This document shows, piece by piece, positions 1-7,181 of a stretch of 64,000 nucleotides of DNA. Origin of the DNA: a virus (lineage: Duplodnaviria > Caudoviricetes). The notes under the pieces were generated by a model, which saw only the letters and a list, made by a program, of their open reading frames with translations, was not told the origin of the DNA and ran no database searches. Made by a program: the position numbers and the translations under genes. Within the stretch, counting starts at the first letter, position 1. Each line of letters opens with the position of its first letter. Where the stretch lies: positions 1 to 64,000 of IMG/VR virus record IMGVR_UViG_3300028048_000077; one strand, written 5' to 3'.

Positions 1-266
1 CTCTAAAAGCAAAATCTATTGTACATACATTTGAATTTATATATGATTTTAATGAAGTATTTGTGAATCCATATTTTCCATAATCATTACGATAAGAATG
101 TGCTGCATATACATCTCCCCCCCCCCCTATAACTACCTACTTTTGTATATATTCCTTTTACATCTTCTAAATTATAATTACCACAAGCATCATTTGCATT
201 TCCATCAAATGAATAATACGATACTGTATTTTCATCCACCATTTCGGAAACTGTTGGAAATCTCAT
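1..266 (-). pseudogene. ConA/LamG-like protein, class B paralog, frameshifted at a G11 tract (runs off the window start)
   Basis: ATG at 266 gives MRFPTVSEMVDENTVSYYSFDGNANDACG, homologous to 2754-3461. C11 at 117-127 leads to an early TAA; G10 restores ...GDVYAAHSYRNDYGKYGFTNTSLKSYINSNVCTIDFAFR, matching FINSNACTIDLAF in the paralog. Confidence 0.85.
117..127 (-). repeat. G11 homopolymer, intragenic, out of frame
   Basis: C11 on the + strand. Confidence 0.95.
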
Positions 267-272
267 TATATA

Positions 273-925
273 TCATTCCTTTTTATATCCATATAAATCA
301 TATTCATCTTCATATAAATTATTATATTCTGGATCAAATGATTGATTAACACTAAATTCTTTAGTAATTGGCTTAGAATATATACTTAATCTTTTTATTT
401 TACAATTAGTGTAAGACCCTCCAGATACCCAAGGATCATTACCACCTATATCGAAAAACAAATTATTTATCATAGAACCTGCTGAATTTGCTACAGCACA
501 TAATTTTCCATCAGTAAAAAATCTTACAATATTTTTATTTTCAACAGATACTGTATATCTTCTCCAAGTGTTTATAGGATAACTTATACGCTGGATAATT
601 TGATCAAAATTTCTACCATCATATCCACTACTTTCTTCTATTTTAAATCCAAGATTATTTGAAGTCCAATATGCATTTAATCTTGGATAGTTGCCTTTAT
701 ATTTTATTGGGTAAATAAAATAATCTAATGTATATTCTCGTAAAGTAAAAGATTTAGTCCAATTAAAATTAAAAGTTAAAGTAGAATTAGTTAGAGTACA
801 TTCCCCCCCCCAACTGAAGGGATAGAACCATAATAACTATAGTAAGATTCGTATGTATTGAATTTATCTTTTAATGCATTAGAATTATCATTAAATTCTA
901 ATCGTGAAATACAATTAAGATTCAT
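273..925 (-). pseudogene. ConA/LamG-like protein, class A paralog, frameshifted at a G9 tract
   Basis: GGGAG SD then ATG at 925: MNLNCISRLEFNDNSNALKDK...PSVGGG. C9 at 803-811 leads to TAA three codons later; G10 opens a 217-aa frame that joins ORF 273-473 and aligns with 2086-2742. Confidence 0.85.
803..811 (-). repeat. G9 homopolymer, intragenic, out of frame
   Basis: C9 on the + strand. Confidence 0.95.
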
Positions 926-969
926 AATTTTACACTCCCATATTTAGTTTTATTCAAAGGTCAAAACAT

Positions 970-998
970 ATCCCTCTACCTATTTAAGGTAGAGGGAT
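970..998. terminator. Hairpin of the CCCTCTACC/GGTAGAGGG family
   Basis: ATCCCTCTACC-N7-GGTAGAGGGAT just after the stop of 1004-1402. Confidence 0.75.
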
Positions 999-1003
999 GT
1001 ATT

Positions 1004-1402
1004 TTATTCTTCTGGTTTTTCCCAGCTAATAGAATTTACAAAATATACTTTGTCTACTCCATTACTCTGTTTGATAGTCATAGTATTAATAAAGACTCTA
1101 TATTTAAGATCTGTTATTTTTTTCATTACTTCTTCATTCATTAATCTTCCATCATTGAATACTATATTCAATTCATATTTACCTTCATCAGCATATATCT
1201 CTACACACTCAAGTATATACTTTATGAGCTCATCAATTTTATTTTCATCTCTTAATCTAGTACATTTTCTATTAATACTATATTCTCTTTTTTCATCCCA
1301 ATCATTCTTATTATCTGCTAATCCAGCAGCATCCATAGCAGTCAATACATTTTTTACCACAGTATTCATTTCTTCCATTATATTTTTCCTCCTGATCCCC
1401 AT
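1004..1402 (-). CDS. hypothetical protein
   Basis: ORF track; followed by a terminator hairpin; true start may be the downstream Met. Confidence 0.75.
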   Translation of the reverse strand: MGIRRKNIMEEMNTVVKNVLTAMDAAGLADNKNDWDEKREYSINRKCTRLRDENKIDELIKYILECVEIYADEGKYELNIVFNDGRLMNEEVMKKITDLKYRVFINTMTIKQSNGVDKVYFVNSISWEKPEE

Positions 1403-1464
1403 AAATATAACAATAGACCTATTGAAAATAGTAATAATAACACGTCATCCATTTATATTTCTCC

Positions 1465-1818
1465 TTAGATTTTCTCTATTATTTTCTTCATATCTTCTTT
1501 ATGTTTTTGTAATTTATCATCTACAATAGCTTCCATTTTATTTTTAATCATTAGATCAAATCTTTCAGCGTTAGTTTGAAATGCTATTTTCATAAAATCA
1601 TCTAGTTCAAGATGTTTTAATCTTGTTTCAAGATCATCTATTCTTTTCTCTACATGATCTAACTCATATCTTAAAAGACCAAATAAGATAAATAATATTC
1701 CTATAAAAAGTCCTGATACCACATATCCACCCATTAGTATATCCTCCTTAAATAGATTCCAATTTATTTTCCTATAGTTTTTCTTTTTTATACATTTCCA
1801 TCTTCCCAATGGCTCCAA
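1465..1818 (-). CDS. hypothetical membrane-anchored coiled-coil protein
   Basis: Hydrophobic segment GGYVVSGLFIGILFILFGLL then a coiled coil; AGGAGG SD suggests a start near 1734. Confidence 0.7.
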   Translation of the reverse strand: MEPLGRWKCIKKKNYRKINWNLFKEDILMGGYVVSGLFIGILFILFGLLRYELDHVEKRIDDLETRLKHLELDDFMKIAFQTNAERFDLMIKNKMEAIVDDKLQKHKEDMKKIIEKI

Positions 1819-1991
1819 TCTATTTTTATCATATCAGATGTTCTTTCTATTTTAAATCCTACATCTTCAAAATATTTAAAATCTACTAAAGTTTCAAAGA
1901 AATCTGGATCTTGTATTTCTATATATGTATATCCATTATTATTAACTTTATCTATTTGCTCTAAAAAGAAACTTGTCATATTTTCTTTCAT
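1788..1991 (-). CDS. hypothetical protein
   Basis: ORF track, operon context. Confidence 0.65.
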   Translation of the reverse strand: MKENMTSFFLEQIDKVNNNGYTYIEIQDPDFFETLVDFKYFEDVGFKIERTSDMIKIDWSHWEDGNV

Positions 1992-2055
1992 AGACTCAGC
2001 CCCTATTATATTCTGACTTTTATATAAGTGTAGAATTTAGTGTAATAAGTTACAA

Positions 2056-2085
2056 TTCCCCGAGTAATCGGGGGGGGGTAATTGA
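2056..2085 (+). promoter_or_regulatory. Poly-G ribosome-binding-site hairpin (C4-GA-GTAA-TC-G9-TAATTGA-ATG)
   Basis: G9 at 2070-2078, 7 nt before the ATG at 2086; near-identical copy at 3472-3504. Confidence 0.8.
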
Positions 2086-2742
2086 ATGTTTTTAGAAATG
2101 TTGCATTATTTAGCTTGTGATGATCCATCAAATCCATTAAAAGATAAAGTGGAGGATGGTAATTTATCATCTTTATATGAAGTTTGGGGTGACCCTCCTA
2201 TAGTTCAATCTGATAAATCGTTATATTTAAATCATACTAGCTTACAGTTTAATAGAAATTATTCAAGTATTACAAATAATATGAATTTTACATTTGATAT
2301 GTGGCATAAACGAATTGAAAATGCTCGTACTAATGTATTTTTAGGATTCGGAAATGGAACTTCTTATGTAATTTATATGGCTGGTGGTGGAGCACCAGGA
2401 ATGTATAGTAAAAATTATATAGCTATAAAATATTGGAATGGAGATACATTTGGGTTTGATCATAATTGGCATAGATGGACATTTTCTCATAATCTAAATG
2501 ATAGTACATATAAATATAGAATATTTTTAGATGGAAAATTACTTGGAGCTTTTAATAGTGGTACAAATTTATATTTTGTTATAAATGGTGATTCACCAGA
2601 ATATGGTACTTATAGAGGAGTTGCATACATTAAAAATCTTGGAATATATGGCACTCCAGTTACACAAGAATTTGATATCAATGAAAGATTTGATGAAGGG
2701 CGATATGCTCTTTATAAAAATAATTATTATATGTATGGATAA
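2086..2742 (+). CDS. ConA/LamG-like putative receptor-binding protein, class A (intact)
   Basis: NFTFDMW...WHRWTFS...RIFLDGKLL pattern of LamG beta-sandwiches; shared C-terminal YG motif. Confidence 0.7.
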   Translation: MFLEMLHYLACDDPSNPLKDKVEDGNLSSLYEVWGDPPIVQSDKSLYLNHTSLQFNRNYSSITNNMNFTFDMWHKRIENARTNVFLGFGNGTSYVIYMAGGGAPGMYSKNYIAIKYWNGDTFGFDHNWHRWTFSHNLNDSTYKYRIFLDGKLLGAFNSGTNLYFVINGDSPEYGTYRGVAYIKNLGIYGTPVTQEFDINERFDEGRYALYKNNYYMYG

Positions 2743-2753
2743 AGGTGATATAA

Positions 2754-3461
2754 ATGAGAATACCTACTATATCTCAAATGGTAGATGAAAATACAATAGC
2801 ATATTATCCATTAGATGGTAATTTAAATGACGCTTGTGGTAGTTATAATTTATCAATTAGATCAAGTGGAGATACGATTTGGTGGACTGATATTGGTCAT
2901 TATAGTGGTGGCGGAGAAGCTAAAGCAGTAGCAAGTAGTAGATACTTATATAACTCATCATTAGGATCATTTATAAATTCAAATGCTTGTACTATTGATT
3001 TAGCATTTAATTGGATAAGCCCACAAAATTATAATGTACCAAGTTTATTAAATGCTGGTAGTGGAAATAGTACGTATAATTTAGTAGTTACAAGTAGTGA
3101 AGGTAAATTTGGAGCAAGTTTTAATACACTTCATAATCTAAATAATTCTGGACCATCAGTACCATTTTCTCAAATATATAATAATGGTTATCATCATTTT
3201 GCACTTATTAGAAATAGTAATGTTAGTTTTTCATTTTTCTTAGATGGTAAAAATTTAGGTACTTATAGTTGGAGTTATGGAGTTACTATGAGTAACTTTA
3301 ATTTTAGTGATGGTATGTATTATCATCAATTTGATATAATGTATATAAGAGTATCTAAAGGTATTAGATGGACTGAAGATTTTATAGGTGGTACTCCTAT
3401 AGATGATTTATTTTATACAGTAAAAGAAAAAGATAATGATGCATATGGATTAATATCATAA
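2754..3461 (+). CDS. ConA/LamG-like putative receptor-binding protein, class B (intact)
   Basis: AYYPLDGN, TIDLAFNW, YHHFALIR, FFLDGK, IRVSKGIRWTEDF, typical of phage LamG domains. Confidence 0.75.
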   Translation: MRIPTISQMVDENTIAYYPLDGNLNDACGSYNLSIRSSGDTIWWTDIGHYSGGGEAKAVASSRYLYNSSLGSFINSNACTIDLAFNWISPQNYNVPSLLNAGSGNSTYNLVVTSSEGKFGASFNTLHNLNNSGPSVPFSQIYNNGYHHFALIRNSNVSFSFFLDGKNLGTYSWSYGVTMSNFNFSDGMYYHQFDIMYIRVSKGIRWTEDFIGGTPIDDLFYTVKEKDNDAYGLIS

Positions 3462-3471
3462 TAAAATTATT

Positions 3472-3504
3472 TTCCCCCGAGTAATCGGGGGGGGGGGTAA
3501 TTGA
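3472..3504 (+). promoter_or_regulatory. Poly-G ribosome-binding-site hairpin (C5-GA-GTAA-TC-G11-TAATTGA-ATG)
   Basis: G11 at 3487-3497; duplicate of 2056-2085. Confidence 0.8.
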
Positions 3505-4272
3505 ATGAATATACGAGGAACTGAATATTATGATGCTATAAGCTGGGAAAGTGGATATACTAATGCAACAGTTAAATCTTTTTTAAAATGGGGAGTATAT
3601 CCAGTAAATGCTAGTAGTTTATATGCATATAATGGGTTATATTTACATGAGTTATTTATAGACTATTCACAATTTAATGGAGATACTTTATGTTTAAATT
3701 TTAAATTATATATAATTAAAGATAGTATATCATACTCTACGTATACATCTGATAATAGAGTATATTTGGCTAATCATGTTTGTTTTGTACAATCTCAATT
3801 ATATAATGGATATTCAGTACAACATGAAAAAATTTATAGTTATAATGATGCATATAATTTATTCTTTAATGGCTATAATAATAGTTATGCTGGATATTCT
3901 AACTATACTTTTTCAGTAGAACAAACTGGCCATAACCAATATATGTTATATAGTCATGCAGGATCAAGAAGTAATTTAGTGAACTTTTTACAAAGTGGAT
4001 ATCATATATATTCAATATTATTTAAAAATGGAACAATATCATATATAATAGATGGTGTTATAAAGAAAACTATATCTTGTCCTTTATTAAAATATTTTAT
4101 ATTATTTGGAGCTGTAAGAAGCGGTCATACTTCTAAAATTCAGGAAAATGCTGGAGCATTACAATGGGTTACATTTACTGATAATATATGTTTAGATTTT
4201 CCTACACCACCATATACATTAGAAGAGAAAGATAATGAAGTATATGGATATAAAAAAGAAATAGATGAATAA
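3505..4272 (+). CDS. ConA-like putative receptor-binding protein, class C (intact)
   Basis: YHIYSILFKNGTISYIIDG; C-terminus PPYTLEEKDNEVYGYKKE; paralog of 35253-35992. Confidence 0.65.
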   Translation: MNIRGTEYYDAISWESGYTNATVKSFLKWGVYPVNASSLYAYNGLYLHELFIDYSQFNGDTLCLNFKLYIIKDSISYSTYTSDNRVYLANHVCFVQSQLYNGYSVQHEKIYSYNDAYNLFFNGYNNSYAGYSNYTFSVEQTGHNQYMLYSHAGSRSNLVNFLQSGYHIYSILFKNGTISYIIDGVIKKTISCPLLKYFILFGAVRSGHTSKIQENAGALQWVTFTDNICLDFPTPPYTLEEKDNEVYGYKKEIDE

Positions 4273-4280
4273 AAAAGAAA

Positions 4281-4305
4281 ATCCCTACCCAAATTGGGTA
4301 GGGAT
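4281..4305. terminator. Bidirectional terminator hairpin
   Basis: ATCCCTACCC-AAATT-GGGTAGGGAT between convergent genes. Confidence 0.8.
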
Positions 4306-4310
4306 ACTTT

Positions 4311-4784
4311 TTACAGAGCATATGGGAATAGAACACTACCAGGTTTATAGCTCATATTTTCTTTAAATAAATACCTTATTCCAGGACCTACACCATTATT
4401 ATCTATTCCACATGCAAATCTATCATACGCAATAATTGTAGTACTACCAATCTTTCTTCTACAAATATCTGCATTGAACATGATAGGACAGACTATACTG
4501 TCATAATCATCCATATCTGTATTAGTCAATCTCTGAGTCTTAATATTCTGACACAGAATTTTATCATTGATTTTTAATACAAATACTTCTTGTCGGTCAT
4601 TTAACTTGTTAAGAAGATGCTCCTTAACCTTGTTAATTAATTTGGCCCTGGTATCATACCTAATATCATCATAAAGAATATGTTTATATTTCCCATGAAA
4701 CTTAAACATATCGATATTTGTATATCGGTTGCTATCATGGTTAGGTTTAAATAACCTATTAAATGGGACTAACTGTATTTTCAT
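4311..4784 (-). CDS. hypothetical protein
   Basis: ORF track, AAAGGA SD. Confidence 0.75.
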   Translation of the reverse strand: MKIQLVPFNRLFKPNHDSNRYTNIDMFKFHGKYKHILYDDIRYDTRAKLINKVKEHLLNKLNDRQEVFVLKINDKILCQNIKTQRLTNTDMDDYDSIVCPIMFNADICRRKIGSTTIIAYDRFACGIDNNGVGPGIRYLFKENMSYKPGSVLFPYAL

Positions 4785-4798
4785 ATTATATTCCTTTC

Positions 4799-5284
4799 TT
4801 AATTTAATGTGTCTGAGCTATAGATAATCTGAGGCTCTTCATCCTCACCATAGAAATATTGATCCATTACATTTTCTCCAACAGTTTTATACTCTAAAGA
4901 ATAAGATATCTCTATCTTTTTCTTAAACAATTCTCCAATGAATTGTTCTAAAGCATAAATAGGAGGATAGTCTCCTTCTAATTTTATAATGAAACAATAT
5001 TTATTTTCTATAGGATTATAGATAGAAGAAATATCTTCTACATTAGCTTTGCATATAAAGTTATTAGGATTGAACTCTTCTTTTAAAACACAAGCGAAGA
5101 AGTTTCCTATCCATTTAGAATTGGGATTATTCTTATATATATTCATATTTATTGAATGCACGAATAATCTTTTTAATCCTAATAACATTTTATGATCGGA
5201 TGATATAAAAGCTACTGTAGATTTAATATTTTCCTCCATATGAATCGCCTCCATGCTCAAGCACTTTATATATTGCCATACCAA
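4799..5284 (-). CDS. hypothetical protein
   Basis: ORF track; GGAGG SD suggests a start at MEENIK, near 5239. Confidence 0.7.
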   Translation of the reverse strand: MVWQYIKCLSMEAIHMEENIKSTVAFISSDHKMLLGLKRLFVHSINMNIYKNNPNSKWIGNFFACVLKEEFNPNNFICKANVEDISSIYNPIENKYCFIIKLEGDYPPIYALEQFIGELFKKKIEISYSLEYKTVGENVMDQYFYGEDEEPQIIYSSDTLN

Positions 5285-5395
5285 TAGTTATTACCAGTAT
5301 AGGCCACTGGATGACCATATCATGTATTATACCTGTGTAGACATAGCAAAATAATACAAAGAGCAATACCAAATCATAACCAATGTAAATCATAA

Positions 5396-5785
5396 CTATT
5401 CCTCCTCTTTTAACTTCCTTAAAGCTTCTTCAACACGGCGTTCAACTTCTTCGGCATGTTCTATAGAAGCAATTTTAGAATCTCGTTTTATCTGCAGCAT
5501 TTTTATCTTAGCTATAGCTTTGCCAAGTATCATAGTAGATTCAAAATAATACTTAGTATTAACTGCATTTTTACTAGGATATCCTTCTAAGAACTCAGGT
5601 AATCCATTAATTGCTAAACCAAATGTTATTTGTTGTTCAAAATTGCTGTAGTATTTTCCTGCAATTTTTGAGTCTATATCTTTAGGAGATATATTGATAA
5701 TGGTTTTACATATCATTTCATTATCTAATATATTCTCCTTCACCCACTTTTCTATAATAGATGTTTCTTCTTTTGAGTATTTCAT
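5396..5785 (-). CDS. hypothetical protein
   Basis: ORF track, AGGAGG SD. Confidence 0.75.
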   Translation of the reverse strand: MKYSKEETSIIEKWVKENILDNEMICKTIINISPKDIDSKIAGKYYSNFEQQITFGLAINGLPEFLEGYPSKNAVNTKYYFESTMILGKAIAKIKMLQIKRDSKIASIEHAEEVERRVEEALRKLKEEE

Positions 5786-5798
5786 ATATACCTCCTAA

Positions 5799-6134
5799 TT
5801 ATTTAACAATATCATCGTCTCTATTATATATCTCTTCCCTACTTATAATAATACTATCAATAATATTCATAATTATTTCGTCAAACAATAATGATTTGTG
5901 TTCAATACTCTCAAATTTTGTAAATATTCTATATGTAAATCTATATATTTCTTCAGATGTAAAATCACAAATTATATCGGAATTATATTCAAGAATATAC
6001 TCTTCATCACTATTTTCAGAGTGTACTGCAACTCTAATTTCACCAGTTAGTGTATTACAAAATACATTCTTGATTTTTGGATTTTTGATACTGTTTACAG
6101 CACCTTTAGAAATAAAATAATTGAGAATAAACAT
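5799..6134 (-). CDS. hypothetical protein, first gene after a promoter motif
   Basis: ORF track, AAAGGA SD. Confidence 0.7.
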   Translation of the reverse strand: MFILNYFISKGAVNSIKNPKIKNVFCNTLTGEIRVAVHSENSDEEYILEYNSDIICDFTSEEIYRFTYRIFTKFESIEHKSLLFDEIIMNIIDSIIISREEIYNRDDDIVK

Positions 6135-6205
6135 AATGCATCTTCCTTTCTTTAAAACAAAATATAGTTAATTTTCATAGAGAGTAGCATCATGCTACTC
6201 TCTAC

Positions 6206-6221
6206 TCATATATATAGTATA
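6206..6221 (-). promoter_or_regulatory. Conserved phage promoter motif TATACTATATATATGA (copy 1 of 12)
   Basis: Recurs upstream of operon starts at 10647, 12302, 13727, 24690, 34853, 38227(+), 42642, 54963, 56514, 56768 and 63419. Confidence 0.8.
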
Positions 6222-6235
6222 TGCTTAAAATACTT

Positions 6236-6269
6236 TTTACCCCTTACCCAATTAAGGGTAAGGGGTAAA
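6236..6269. terminator. Terminator hairpin downstream of the tRNA cluster
   Basis: TTTACCCCTTACCC / GGGTAAGGGGTAAA inverted repeat. Confidence 0.7.
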
Positions 6270-6309
6270 GAAGTAAGGACGATTAAAAATTATGAAAAAC
6301 AAAAACAGC

Positions 6310-6363
6310 AAATTTAGTTTAAAGCACTATCACCACGTCAAGGTATTTGCTATTGATAGTGTG
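6310..6363 (-). repeat. 54-bp tRNA 3' trailer repeat, copy 1
   Basis: Identical to 6672-6725 except for one base. Confidence 0.9.
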
Positions 6364-6444
6364 CGAACACTGAGATTCGAACTCAGATGGAGTAAATCCG
6401 TGCGGGCTTAAACCGCATGCGTCTACCAATTCCGCCATGCTCGC
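6362..6444 (-). tRNA. tRNA-Leu(UAA)
   Basis: GCGAGCATGGCGGAATTGGTAGACGC...TTTAAGC...GAGTTCGAATCTC; long variable arm; no encoded CCA. Confidence 0.92.
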
Positions 6445-6580
6445 ATAATATAAAGGAAAACCGAGAAGCTCATTACATACCTTTCCCACATCCATTGTAA
6501 GGATAAAGGCTTTTTAAAAGGAATTACAGAACAAGCTGTTGCATCTCTTTCCCGATTTTTACTGCAACAAAACCTTTATG

Positions 6581-6654
6581 AAACTCCTCTTGGAATTGAA
6601 CCAATCCCCTAATCCAACATAGTTGTTTCAGTCGAAGACCACTCCTCAGGAGCC
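6581..6654 (-). ncRNA. tRNA-like RNA with an atypical anticodon arm
   Basis: Acceptor stem GGCTCCT/AGGAGTT, T-arm TTGG-TTCAATT-CCAA, short D-like hairpin GGAG-TGGT-CTTC. Confidence 0.5.
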
Positions 6655-6671
6655 AAATACTAGTTTTAGTA

Positions 6672-6725
6672 AAATTTAGTTTAAAGCACTATCACCACGT
6701 CAAGGTATTTACTATTGATAGTGTG
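6672..6725 (-). repeat. 54-bp tRNA 3' trailer repeat, copy 2
   Basis: See 6310-6363. Confidence 0.9.
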
Positions 6726-6796
6726 AAGATGATCAGGTTCGAACTGACGACAACTTGATTAAAAGTCAAGTGCTCTACCAACTGAGCTACATCTCC
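6724..6796 (-). tRNA. tRNA-Lys(UUU)
   Basis: GGAGATGTAGCTCAGTTGGTAGAGCACTTGACTTTTAATCAAG...GTTCGAAC; no encoded CCA. Confidence 0.95.
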
Positions 6797-6800
6797 AAAG

Positions 6801-6953
6801 TAGATAATAAAAGCATCCTAACCCATTACGCCACCTTATTCCAGTTTATTTCAGTGATACATTTATTAGTTGACTCGCAATCTAGAATAGCATTCAACTT
6901 AGTTGGTTAGGCGTCTGATGGCCTCACAGAACTTTTATGGCTTTTATTATCTA
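6801..6953 (-). ncRNA. Candidate structured ncRNA upstream of tRNA-Lys
   Basis: Perfect 14-bp closing inverted repeat (6801-6814/6940-6953) with nested CCTAACC/GGTTAGG and AGTTGA/TCAACT stems. Confidence 0.45.
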
Positions 6954-6980
6954 ATATTATGTATTAGTATTTATAAATTA

Positions 6981-7181
6981 TTATTTTTGACAGGCTATTT
7001 TCCAAACTCCTAATATAATAAATCCAATCAATGGCCATTCTAATGAATTATTCATTATACATGAATAAGTATATCCAAATATACTTATGAAGTATATCCA
7101 ATCAAAAATCTTATTATTAAAACCCATAATTATTTCTCCTAAAAAATAAAGGGCTCCGAGGAGCCCAATATTAGAATTCAA
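6981..7181 (-). CDS. small hydrophobic hypothetical protein
   Basis: ORF track; GGAG SD suggests a start at MGFNNK. Confidence 0.5.
   Translation of the reverse strand: MNSNIGLLGALYFLGEIIMGFNNKIFDWIYFISIFGYTYSCIMNNSLEWPLIGFIILGVWKIACQK

Noticed and set aside
1-4272. DGR or invertase-driven shufflon behind the lectin gene variation
   Set aside because: No reverse transcriptase, adenine-specific TR/VR pair or site-specific recombinase seen in the window; they could lie outside it.
6310-6725. CRISPR array from the 54-bp repeat
   Set aside because: Only two copies, separated by about 310 bp that includes a tRNA; no cas genes.
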